A stretch of 55,309 nucleotides of DNA. It comes from Octopus bimaculoides. Taxonomy: Eukaryota. The stretch spans positions 44,133,166-44,188,474 of the forward strand of contig NC_068985.1 in NCBI RefSeq assembly GCF_001194135.2, in the 5' to 3' direction. A program made the translations under genes and the position numbers. Position 1 is the stretch's first letter. Each line of letters opens with the position of its first letter. Below the pieces are notes generated by a model. The model made no database searches and was not told the DNA's origin. It worked only from the letters and a program-made list of their open reading frames with translations. Of this stretch, positions 26,301-37,620 are shown piece by piece.

Positions 26301-26774
26301 GATTAGTGTTCTACAGAAAACTGCTGCCTGAGATATGGGTCTGTATGTGTAATGAGATCAGAGCAAATATTGTAAATATATGTAACTGCATGTAGGTAAT
26401 AATATAGAACTGTGTTGTGAAAGTTCATGTGTATTCAGTGTGATCTGTGTGTGTACAAGAGGTGTAGAAGAAACAAATGCAGGCTGACAATGAATAAAGG
26501 TTTTGACTGTGGTAAATGTACGGGACTAGTGAACCCTCAGAGAATCAGTAAGACAATTTCTTTGTAATGTTCAGAAGGTCCTATAAAAGGAGTCTGATCT
26601 AATCAACAGTGGGGGGTGGGGAGTCATGTTCTGAAAGCATAGTGGCCATAATTAGAATATGGTGAAAAAAAAATCAGTGAAATACTATCACTGCTGACAT
26701 CAAGGGGATTCTATCTTTGAATGAAGAGTAGATTGTGTGATAGATGTGTATGAACTGTGATGCAGTATGGTAGT

Positions 26775-27165
26775 GAGACATGCAGAGAATACTAGAAAGT
26801 TGGAAAGAAAAGAAGCAAGCATGATGTCAGTATGCATGAATGATGACACAGATGAGCAAAGAGAAAAAATGAATATAGGCAAAATCAGATGTCATGTACA
26901 AGAGAAATGGCCATGCTGGTATGGACATGTAATGCATCTGGATGTTGACCAGTAGATGAAGAAGTGCCAAGAGACTCAAATAGAAGGAACTAATGGAAGA
27001 GAAGGACCAAGGAAGATATGAATAGAAGTAGTGAAAGCCAATCTCAGGAAGCTGAACTTCACAAAGGATAAGACAAAAGAACACGACAAGTAGCAGGATG
27101 TGGTGTTGGAGAAGATTCATCCAAACCATGCAAACATAGAAAAATGGATGTAAAATGACGATGAT
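26775..27165 (+). mobile_element. RTE LINE ORF 3' end plus short tail
   Basis: KEASMMSVCM...KIRCHVQEKWPCWYGHVMHLD and GRPRKxW-like GAAGGACCAAGGAAGATATG. Confidence 0.75.
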
Positions 27166-29107
27166 GGTGTGAAGGGTTATGAAGCCTAAACAGATGAGCA
27201 ATGAATGATGATAAAAGGATTAAAAACTATAGGTTTGTACTAGTATGGTTCAACTATTAAAATATTGGCTCTTGTATGTCTCCTGCAAACTTCTTACATG
27301 TTAGCATGTGAAACCAAAGATTTTTGTTGTGTTATTCATTCTGTTTCACTGTTTTACAAGGCCCTTTACTTGTGCCTACCCCAACCCCAGCTTCCAGAGC
27401 TTGACTTTTGCATATTTATTGAATATGAAATAAAATATGATAATGTCATTTCTCAACTTCTGTTTCATCAGGTCCTTCCAATTACTGCATATACAATATA
27501 CAGTCTATTTGATAATTTTAATTATTACCTCACAGACAGAAAACTCCAACATATTTGTTTAATTACTCCATAGACAAAACTATATATTTGGTCCTTACAA
27601 TTATTCTCCAGCTCCCACACAAAATGACTTCATTTACCTCACATAGAAACTTCGATAATATACTTTAACAAACTATAATATGAATGAAACGTTTGTCTGG
27701 CAGTCGGAAGACAAACATTACAAAACTATCTGACATGTAACAAGTGACACTGCCGTGATAGAACAATAGATGTAAAATGGTTAAAAAAAAAAAGAAAAAC
27801 AACACCAAAAACCATTTAGGTACATTTAATGAAACCTGTTATTATAAACCTGAGATGTTAACATTAAGGTTTTCTCTCTCTCTCTCTCCCTCCCTCTCCA
27901 TACGATAGCCAATTTCATATTCTCACAGTTTTAAACAAAAAACCAAAAACTGTGTCCAGCAATTATATAGTTAGCAGACTATCGGTTAGTTAGCAGCTAA
28001 ACATAAATGCCAACTGATACTGCGACATATGGAATACCATTTCTACAGACATTTCTCACTGTTAGATTAACATTTCCCAATGAAATGTGACTGAGAAAGG
28101 ATGTCAAAAGGTGTATGCGTGTGTGTGTGTGTGTGTATGTGTGTGTGTGTGTGTGATGTGTGGATGTATGTATGTTTGCATGTATATTTGGTATTTATGA
28201 AAGGGGGATGTCGCTGAAATATAAAGACAATTGTAACAGTCAACTATACATGTACACACAAATGCCTGTGTGTACAAACATGCATGAAAGTACATACACA
28301 CATGCAGACATATACACACAGATACAGGGGCATACATATATGTACAGAAACACACAGGCATACATATACTAATAGATACACAGCGACAGACATATATAAA
28401 CACACCTATACATACAAATACACACACACATACAAACACAAGCACAATATACAAACACACACACACAATATACAGATATACACACATACCCACACACAGC
28501 CATATACATGACTATAAGTACACAAACAAGAATATACAAACACATACACAGATGGAAGTAAATCTATATTCCTATTTCTCCAATCACTGGCAATCAAATC
28601 AAAATTAAGTTTCCTTCCAAATGTATTCCATCAATTTCTGGAAGTTGGAATTAAAACTATTCTTCAACCATTCCAAGTAATCATAAACACCTTCATTGTT
28701 TCACAGATTCCTATCTCAAAGCCAAAGCAACACTATCATTTTCATTATCTTTCTCCACTCTGAGATGATAGTCTAAGAAACTGAAAAAGATTCTTCATTC
28801 CTCATGGAAGCTGAACTGTTGAACTGTTCTATAAACTCTTCAACCAAAAATGAATTACCAATTTTGTAGAAATAACATATCAGACGAACAGTAAACACTA
28901 CTAAAGCTGGTCTACTAAATACTGGAATTAGACCAATGACTGACCAACTTGAATGGATAAACAAATCAGGCAAACACTGAACACCACAAAGGTTCAGTTA
29001 TCAAATATAAAAAAAATTAGACCATTCTCTAAATTATGGACTATTCAACAAACTCTCCAATCAGATATAAATGACCAACTGGCAACACTGGTACTTTCCT
29101 TGAAGTG

Positions 29108-29440
29108 AAAGTGCATGGCTCAGTGTTTGGAGCATCGAGCTCACAATCATGAGGTAGTCAGTTCGATTCCCAGACCAGGCTGTGTGTTGTGTTCTTGAGC
29201 AAGACACTTTATTTCACATTGTTCCAGTTCACTCAGCTGTAGAAATGAGTTGCAATGTCACTGGTCCCAAGCTGTATTGGCGTTTGCTTTTCCCTTGGAT
29301 AACATTGGTGGCATGGAGAGGGAGGCTAGTATGCATGGGGAACTTCTGATCTTTCATAAACAACCTTGCCTGGACTTTCCTCTCGAAGGGTAACTTTCTA
29401 CGCGTAATCCCAAGGTCATTCATGACACAAAAGGATCTTT
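29108..29440 (+). mobile_element. tRNA-headed SINE with CORE/Meta-like domain, tail type 1
   Basis: TGGCTCAGTG (A box), AGTTCGATTCC (B box), core, and tail ...CAAGGTCATTCATGAC. Confidence 0.8.
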
Positions 29441-30414
29441 ACTCTATACTTTCCCTGATGAAAATAGACTGTTTGTTTGTTTCAATATGAGTAGTTTTGT
29501 CTAGTATTCAGATAAAAACAGGAATCTAAATAATTTCATGGAGGTTTGTGTAGGCAAAAGATAACTCCTAAAAGTTCATGTTCCATGCTGGCATGGGTTG
29601 GACGGTTTTACAGAACCTGATGGGCCCAAGGACTGCATTTTACTCTATAGTCTTGGATTGGTTCTACAGCTGGATGCCCTTCCTAATGCCAACCACCTTA
29701 CATTGTGTCCTGGGTACTTTTTTTGTGCCACCAACACTAGTGAAGTTGTCATACAGCTTGCAAGACTACAAATCCCAGGTGAGGAGGAGAGAACTTAGCC
29801 TAGGTGAATAATCAGTAGAGGGAGATAAGATATGAGAAAATGGCTGGAGCAGAAGAGGTTTTTATTTCAGACAGGATTAACGAGTCATTTAATAATAACC
29901 CATTTATTGACAAATTTCTGTTTAAATATACTCCTATTATCTCAAATAATTTTTGAGATAATGAATAAATTACTCAAATAACTTTTATTATTAATTTGGT
30001 ATTTAGACCTTTAATAAGTATGGCATTTTAATGGAAGGTTTTAATTTTGATCATTTCAAAACAGAAAATTTCCATTGTTGAACTAGAGGTGGTCTCAGGT
30101 AGGTTAGTGCCAAAAGGATTAAATCTGGTATTTGGTTCATAACAAATCTTGTAGAACTTCTGTGAGTTAATGTTGACTGTGCAGATGCAGGTCAGGGCAA
30201 GATGTTTACAGGAGGATTAACAGTTTCCCAAGCAAGCATGTCTTCTGTTTCCATGCCAAGGGAAAATCTGCAGACATGAGCCAATATAGCTTGACACCAT
30301 TGATATCGACAGGTGTTGCTGTCACAGTACCAAGAGTTGCGATAAATATTGCAAGTATCTCACCCAATCCTCTAACAGCTCTGTCAATCACTCACTCTGT
30401 ATTGATACATTCTT

Positions 30415-30690
30415 AACTGACTCTGAAAAGATGAAAGGCAAAGTTGATGTCAGGAAGATTTGAAATCAGAGCATGAAGAACCATAACAAATATCATGAGA
30501 CAGTTTAGCCAACACTCTAATAAATCTACCAGTTCACACTGCATTATGTCTTACCCCATATATAGCTGGTACATTTATATTGGCCCCCAAAAGATGAAAA
30601 GCAAAGTTGAACATGGCAAGATTTAAACTCAGAATGTAGAGATCAGAAACAATATCACAAGGCATTCTTTCCAACTCTCTAACTTAGATT
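30415..30690 (-). mobile_element. Two partial copies of SINE family D (GATGAAAGGCAAAGT..GATTTGAACTCAGA); also 16075-16230, 23306-23400, 37620-37750
   Basis: Recurrent motif; its reverse complement carries a B box-like GAGTTCAAAT. Confidence 0.6.
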
Positions 30691-30890
30691 AAAATTGTAT
30701 GGTGTTTTAATTTATAGGTGCAGGCATGGCTTGCTTCCCAACCACATGGTTCCAGGTTCAGTCCCATTACATGGCATCTTGGGCAAGTGTCTTCTATAGC
30801 CTTGGGCCAACCAAGGCCTTGTGAGTTGATTTGGTAGATGGAAACTGAAAGAAGCTCATTGTGTGTATATATATATATATATATATATAC

Positions 30891-31095
30891 ATGATGTAAC
30901 CACACGTGAATCGTTGGCGATTCACGATTTTTTTCCCTCCATCTTCCTTTTCTATTGGACTTTCAGCTGTCTCCTGTTTCTGAAGAAGAGCTTTGCTCGA
31001 AACATAAAACTACCTTTCTTTCCTTCTCTGAGTGTCTGCTAATACTTTACTTGTACCACGTTCTCGCGTTGGGGTTTGTTCTTTGTTTTATATAC
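30891..31095 (+). mobile_element. PLE-type terminal-repeat fragment carrying a minimal hammerhead motif
   Basis: CpG-rich segment with CTGAAGAAGAGCTTTGCTCGAAAC, the typical CTGANGAAG...CGAAAC terminus of PLE-derived repeats; perfect hairpin CGTGAATCG-TTGG-CGATTCACG upstream. Confidence 0.6.
30976..31010 (+). ncRNA. Minimal type I hammerhead ribozyme motif, probably degenerate at position 16.2
   Basis: GUUU / CUGAAGA+A / GAGC-UUU-GCUC / GAAAC / AUA / AAAC. Stem I is GUUU:AAAC and stem II is 4 bp; the stem III G is replaced by A. Confidence 0.65.
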
Positions 31096-31152
31096 CCCCA
31101 CACATATATATATGCTTTTACTGCAAACGGTTTTGTTAAGCTTTGCCAATTT

Positions 31153-31370
31153 TTATAATTCTGTAAAGAATAATAATCATAGTATTTCTATAAGCTTAGA
31201 GCTTATAGCAATCACCATGCAATGATTAAAAAAAATAGTCTAATAATGGGGCATATAAGTCCTCGACAGAAAAAAGTAGGTTCAGACTATTTTCTTTAGT
31301 CATTGTACGGTGATTGTTATAAGCTTTAAGCTTATAAAAATACTATTGTTATTAATTACAGAATATATAT
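31153..31370. repeat. Foldback palindrome (~90-bp imperfect arms, ~42-nt loop), MITE-like
   Basis: Arm 31221-31241 matches the reverse complement of 31284-31304 at 19/21. Pairing continues outward through CAATCACC, TATAAGCT..AGCTTATA and ATTCTGTAA. Confidence 0.8.
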
Positions 31371-31487
31371 ATATATATAAATTTAGAGGTAATACTTGAC
31401 AATTGTAAGCACCTGTGTATGCCAGCTCGTGGTTGAGGTGAAAGAATAAATTGTAAATCCAAAAAATAACAACAAAAATACAAAGGA

Positions 31488-31560
31488 TTCTGCGGTACAC
31501 GTGTTTCAAGCTTTATATCAGTGCATAATTTACAATACAAAGCTATCTTCAGCCGCAAAA
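31488..31560 (-). ncRNA. Type I hammerhead ribozyme motif with long stem II and palindromic stem III
   Basis: Minus strand: UUUUGCGG / CUGAAGA / U-AGCUUUGUAUU...GAUAUAAAGCU-U / GAAA / CACGUGUA / CCGCAGAA. Stem I is 8 bp (1 G-U), stem II is ~11 bp over a U-U closure, stem III is ACACGUGU, and the cleavage triplet is GUA. Confidence 0.8.
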
Positions 31561-31785
31561 GTATTTCTCTCCCAGGAAATTATATCACATCGGCGTTAAA
31601 TGAGGAAGAAAGGTGTGATATAAGAGGTGAAGATCCTTTCGGTATTTTGTATAGTACTATACCTCGTATAATTCTCCATTTACACATAATTTCTTCGGTC
31701 CTCCGAAAACCGTCCATGCCTTGCCACGATTCAGTGTGTAATATATATATATGTATATANNNNNNNNNNNNNNNNNNNNNATATA

Positions 31786-31824
<39 letters not shown>

Positions 31825-31825
31825 C

Positions 31826-32282
31826 TGTGTGTGAAGCTAGTATGCTTCACTGGATGTGTAATGTCAGTGTGCATGCACCACAGAGAAAAGTTGGGCATAA
31901 GAAGCAACAGCATCAGATGTTGTGTGAAAGAGAGACGACTGCACTGGTATGGTCATGTGATGCATATGGAAGAGGACAGCTGTGTGAAGAAATGTTGCAC
32001 TCTAATGGTGGAGGGAACGTATGGAAGCAGTAGACCTAAGAAGATATGGGATGAGGTGGTGAAGTGCAATCTTCAAAAGTTGGGCCTCACAGAGGCAATG
32101 ACAAGTGACTGAGACCTTTGGTGATATGCCATGCTTGAGAAGATCTGTCAAGCCAAGTGAGATCGTAGTCATGGCCGATGCTAGTGTCAGGTCAATGGCA
32201 CCCATGCTGGTGGTGCATAAAAGCACCCACTACACTTTCAGAGTGGTTGGCATGGAAAACGGACGTATGATGATGATGATAT
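31826..32282 (+). mobile_element. RTE LINE ORF 3' end plus 3' UTR and (GAT)n
   Basis: EASMLHWMCNVSVH...REKLGIRSNSIRCCVKERRLHWYGHVMHMEEDSCVKKC..VEGT..SRPKKIWDEVVK. Confidence 0.85.
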
Positions 32283-32713
32283 GTGAATCTGTGTTTATAT
32301 ATGCAAACAAGCATGCAAACACACACATATGAACAAGTGTTTTCTACTATAATTCTGGACTGCGCAAAGCCTGCTGTATACCTACTTACCCTACCTACTT
32401 ATATATATATAAGTGTATGTATGTTTGTGTCTCCTTGTCTTGACAGTATATGAATGTTGTGAATGGCGGTCATTCATTTCCAATATAAAAATGTGTCTCA
32501 CCACGGGGAAATATTACCTTGTTTGGAAAGCTTGGAAACAGGTAAGGGTTGACAACAGAAAGGGCATCTAGCCATAGAAAACCTGTTTCAATAAATTCTG
32601 TCCATCACATGCAAAAATGGAAAAGTGGACATGATACATAACTGACAGCTATTAAAGATATTAGATTATATTTTGTATTGAGTTCGCTTTTGCTTAAAAT
32701 TCTTTTCCATATA

Positions 32714-32765
<52 letters not shown>

Positions 32766-34412
32766 TACACACAAGTACTTTCACATGCAATGTTTTCTTC
32801 CCAATGAAAAGTTTCAGACTGAAAGAAGAATGCAAAACATATTTTACTATTCCATGTCAGAATTTAGTATCCAATTGAGGAATATGTAGAAAGCAATGAG
32901 ATAAGTCAAAATATGAAGATATGAAGTCCAAAATGATATTGGATATAAAAATTCTACACTTCAAAAGAGATTCACCTAGTTTAGATATCAGAAGAAGATG
33001 GGGAGCAGAAAGTGGGGCTAAGGCTTCTTGTTTTCTTTTATTCATCCTTCTATTCCAAGTGGCTGTACAGTCACAGTGAATTAGCACCATTGGAAAATGC
33101 TATGCAATAACGGTAAATCAGTGCCAGGGAGATCAAAGCAGTGTATGAACATTTTACCTATTGATGAAGAAAGATAACAGGTCAATACGATTGATGTCTG
33201 CAAATTGCTTTGGAGGCTTGACAGTTTTGATGGCGATTTCCAGACATGTTATTCAATGAATGTTTGGATAATTTACAGTCAAGAACTCCATCATCACCTT
33301 CCCTACCACTCCAAAGATTCATTGCAATTGTATTTGCTGTGCGAAACCTACTCACAGAATATTGCCTTGCTTTTGTATATGATGTAAAAGTGGCTGTTAG
33401 GGGAAATCAAAAAATATAAACAGCTTTACACACGACATGATTTACCATGAATTGTCAGTTGGTTTATGAAATGAAATACTGAATTATAAATTGGTGTCAT
33501 ACATTGATACTAGGCATGTTGTCGGTGGTGGTGTTGCTGCTTTTAGCTCCAGTATTGATCAAGCAGAACTATGATGAAAAGCATTTCAGCTATAACCAAC
33601 TTGTATGCTTTCCCAAACGTAACATATCTAGAATTATATAATCTAATGTATCCTTCCAATTAAAAAACTGCAAGGTGTGAGTCAAGGAAGATTTGGTTGT
33701 TATTTCTAGGAATGCTAACTACTCTGTAGGGATCACTGGTTGACTAAACTCAGTTTAAGAAATAAGGGGTGAGTGATACCTTTCTCAAGCCTTGATCTCT
33801 CACTCAATTCACTGTTGCTGCCACCACCACTGCTACCACTTGCTCCTTGGATACTTTTAACAGGGCTCACTCAGTTGTAAGAATCTGGACTAGGTCTATG
33901 TTTTGTTTCGAGGACAACTCCTTCCTTTCCATCTCAAAGGGTTATGGATGCAGCCCTTCCCTCCCTCACTCATTGTTGTTATTGTTTTATGCCTGCTTTT
34001 CCATGTTGGTATGAGTTAGTCAGGTTTTCAGAGGCAGTGGATTCCTTCTTTGTCACTAATCCTTTTAGTTGTTTTTTACAGTATGCTAGTAAATGGGGTA
34101 CCAATATAAAACTGGGATACACACTAAGTTCCTTCGCTAACCAAGCAGTTAAAAGCAGTGATGTAAATGGATGTAATGGCTAAGACAGAAAAATGAAACA
34201 AGGCCAATGATTTGACTGCAAATCAACAATGGTTTGCTTGCTGAATTATTTATTAAAACAAGCCAGTATGTATGTATTTGCTCTTTGTTGTCAGCTAGTT
34301 GTTGCTGTTCTCTAATTAGGTTTAGAAATAGCCAATTGAATACACATCTGAAATTATATTATATATAACAAAACAGGAAAGTGGAAACTTTTTAGGCACT
34401 ATTCATTCTCCA

Positions 34413-34556
34413 TTACACATGTTTCATTTACTAATAGGAATTGCATAGTTTTACATGTTAGATAGACATGTGAAGAATTTCTAATAGGAAATTCCTTACA
34501 TATCTATATAACATGTAAAACTTTGTGATTCCTATTAGTAAACGAAACACATGTAA
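34413..34556. repeat. Foldback palindrome (~68-bp arms, ~6-nt loop)
   Basis: CATGTTTCATTTACTAATAGGAATTGCATAGTTTTACATGTTAGATAGACATGTGAAGAATTTC versus the right arm reverse complement TGTGTTTCGTTTACTAATAGGAATCACAAAGTTTTACATGTTATATAGATATGTAAGGAATTTC. Confidence 0.85.
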
Positions 34557-34814
34557 CACAGAATACATGATACCAAAAAATTTCCATTTTCCTGTTTTGT
34601 TATACAATAACTCTGCAAATATTTCCACAATTCTCAATTTTAATATGTATTTTGAACTAACATACAGCAGTAATTGTAGCCACATATTGGATTGTAATAA
34701 TGGAATAAACAGATGTGCTTCTTCAAGAGGAAACAGCTGGGATTTACCCTAACTACCTATATAATATGTATGCGTACGTGTGTGTGTGTGTGTGTGTGTG
34801 TGAATGTTGAAGCC

Positions 34815-35045
34815 TGGGAGCAGTTGATGGAAGACTGATTGGTTTGGCAAGAACTGATCTACAATGGTTGTAAAGCATTTGAAATATGGGAATCGAAAAC
34901 AATCCACCTTGGAACCAGTGCTTCATATACAGAACCTAACTTCAATCTTAGACACTTTTATCTACCTGAAAATGTTTGTAACATCTGCAGTAGGATTTGT
35001 TTATCTAACGTTGGATATTGCTAGTTGTTTGAGATCTCATGATGG
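34815..35045 (+). mobile_element. Old RTE-BovB-like LINE C-terminus
   Basis: WEQLMED*LVWQELIYNGCKAFE...VCNICSRICLSNVG..ASCLRSH resembles WExLAxDRxxW...CxxCxRxCxSxIGLxSHxRxH. Confidence 0.6.
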
Positions 35046-35374
35046 CATTTACTAATTGAAGAGATGGCCATCTTCTGTAAAGAAGTGACAAACACTACAT
35101 ATAATCCAGATGTAAGAGTGTTTAATTAAAACAGTGGCATCCAATGAAACAACTAGTGATGGATGGATATGTGTTAGCAGATAGTCAAACAAACAAGTCA
35201 CAATGCCTAAAAACAGTAAACTTTTCTTTGTGATAAAATAATTTATTTCATTTTGTAAATGTGTTCAAGCTACTGTATTTAGTTATCTGCACCGTATCAC
35301 AGTTACTGTATTTAGTTATCTGTGTGCTGTATCACAGCAGTTTCATCTGGTTTTATCAATTTTCTGGTCTAAAC

Positions 35375-35636
35375 TAGAAGTTCTAAATTGCCATTCATAT
35401 GACCCTTGATATTCTATATAAGATTTTGTTAAAGTTTTATTCTACAATAAATTGGCTTTACTTTCACAATACACAAAATACTTTAATAATTTTTGTATAC
35501 AATTCCTAATGATATTTAATTATAAAAATATGATAGGATTTTTTTAAAACACCAATGGTTATGAGGGACCATCTGAGTAAAACAGAAATCAAAGGGGTAA
35601 AAAATTCATAGGTAAAAAAATGGTTGAGAAACACTG
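35375..35636. mobile_element. hAT-like MITE, same family as 2843-3250 in the opposite orientation
   Basis: Right end GGTTGAGAAACACTG; the internal segment is the reverse-complement homologue of 2845-2935; flanks GTCTAAAC and TCCTAAAC. Confidence 0.65.
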
Positions 35637-35939
35637 TCCTAAACCATTTTTAGTTGGTATGCCTGGAGATTTAGATGGTGTTTGCAAGGGTGAGAGACAA
35701 TAGATGGACTGAGGTGGCAATTTGTAATCCTAATTCTTAGAAATTTATCACACCTGAGTGAAAATCTACCACAAAACTTGGTTCTGGAGAAACAAAACAT
35801 GGTCATTTTTTTAAAGGCCCAATATACCTTGTGCTAAACTGTGAAAAGTAATATTTCTTCATAGCATCTATTAATAAATATATTGACAGAGCTGATAAGA
35901 GGTTCGTATCTTCTTTCAGGGATACATAGTATCATTGGT

Positions 35940-36328
35940 GTGGAGGCACAATGGCCCAGTGGTTAGGGCAGTGGACTCGTGGTCACAGGACCGCGGTTTC
36001 GATTCCCAGACTGGGCGTTGTGAGTGTTTATTGACCGAAAACACCTAAAGCTCCACGAGGCTCCGGCAGGGGATGGTGGCGAACCCTGCTGTACTCTTTC
36101 ACCACAACTTTCGCTCACTCTTTCTTCCCGTTTCTGTTGTGCCTGTAATTCAAAAGGGTCAGCCTTGTCACACTGTGTCATGCTAAATATCTCCGAGAAC
36201 TATGTTAAAGGTACATGTGTCTGTGGAGTGCTCAGCCACTTGCACGTTAATTTCACAAGCAGGCTGTTCTGTTGATCGGATCAACTGGAACCCTCGACAT
36301 CATAAGCGACGGAGTGCCAATAACAACA
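35940..36328 (+). mobile_element. Full-length young tRNA-derived SINE with a 12-bp TSD and (AAC)n tail
   Basis: TGGCCCAGTGG (A box) and GGTTTCGATTCC (B box-like); AGTATCATTGGT at 35928-35939 and 36329-36340. A second, gap-truncated copy lies at 41661-41828 (-). Confidence 0.9.
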
Positions 36329-37063
36329 AGTATCATTGGTAGCAAGACATAAATGCTTAACCCTTAGGTCTGTCTGGTTGGCAGGTTTCTGCCATTTAAT
36401 ACCTTTGGATATCTGCTACTAGTTCAATGCTGTTAAATGACACCCCATTAAAACAACAAAAACGACACTCAATTTAACATTTCCATATATTACATGAAAT
36501 TAATTTCTAAAGAATATTTTTTCCAATTTTTGTTTTATCACAAATTCTATAAATCATTAAATGAGCAATCACATCTTAAAGAAACCCCTTTGCCACCACA
36601 CACATGCATGTACCCTGCCCTTCCACCTGCTAGCAGCTGTGAAATTTATTGACAGACATATGGATGCTGACTTGGAAATGATTCATCTCACATTATGGAA
36701 TGTCATGAATGGTATCTTTAATAGCGCCATGTTTATTAGAAGCATTTTATGCTTAGACATTGATCAGCAGTAAGTTTTAAAAAATATTCCACTGTGAATA
36801 AATCTTTATACATAGCCATCATCCATATTCAACCTGAGATCATTCTGTATATATTTCATTGAATCACTAACATGCATTCTAACCAGGGACATCTACATTT
36901 TTTTTTTCTGGTGTATTAAACTCAGGACTTGATCATCCTGTGTATTAATCCATTTGAGGATAGAAAAGTCAAGTTTGAGGTAGATTTATTAGCTGCTATT
37001 TCTAATGCCTTTTGTTTGGTCAGAGCAAATACAGACACAAAGAGACACACATGTATATACATT

Positions 37064-37620
37064 ACAGGCTTCTTTCAGTTTCTATCTACCAAATCCACTA
37101 ACAAGGTTTTGGTTGGCCCAAGACTATAGTAGAAGACACGTGCCCAAGGTACCATGCAGTAGGATGGAACCTAGAATCATGTGGTTGGAAAGCAAGCTTC
37201 TTACCAAACAGCCATGCCTGCACCTAATTTTTCAGTAATTAAGACAAAATTTAGTCAATTATTCTTTTGCTTGTTTCAGTTTGCAACCATGCTGGAGCAC
37301 CACCTTTAGCTGAAGAAATCGACTCCAGGACTTATTCTTTGTTAGCTCAGTACTTATTCTATTGGTGTCTTTTGCCGAACCACTAAGTTTCAGGGATGCG
37401 CTGACATCAGTTGTCAATCAATGGTAGGAGGACAAACACAGACACACACACATAAATATATATATATGACAGGATTCTTTCAGTTTCTGTCTACCAAATT
37501 CACCCATAAGACTTTAGTTGGCCCAAAGCTATAGTAGAACACACTTGCCCAAGGTACGATGCAGTGGGACTGAACCCAGAACCATGTGGTTGGGAAGAAA
37601 GCTTCTTACTACACAGCATT
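37064..37620 (-). mobile_element. Two adjacent SINE A copies (37064-37225 partial; 37262-37620 near full)
   Basis: Family motifs on the reverse strand. Confidence 0.75.

Noticed and set aside
34500-34612. Minus-strand 113-nt exon candidate (LLYNKTGKWKFFGIMY...)
   Set aside because: Half of it is one arm of the 34413-34556 palindrome.
35940-36015. tRNA gene
   Set aside because: A tRNA-like A/B box head without a complete cloverleaf; it is the head of a SINE with a TSD.
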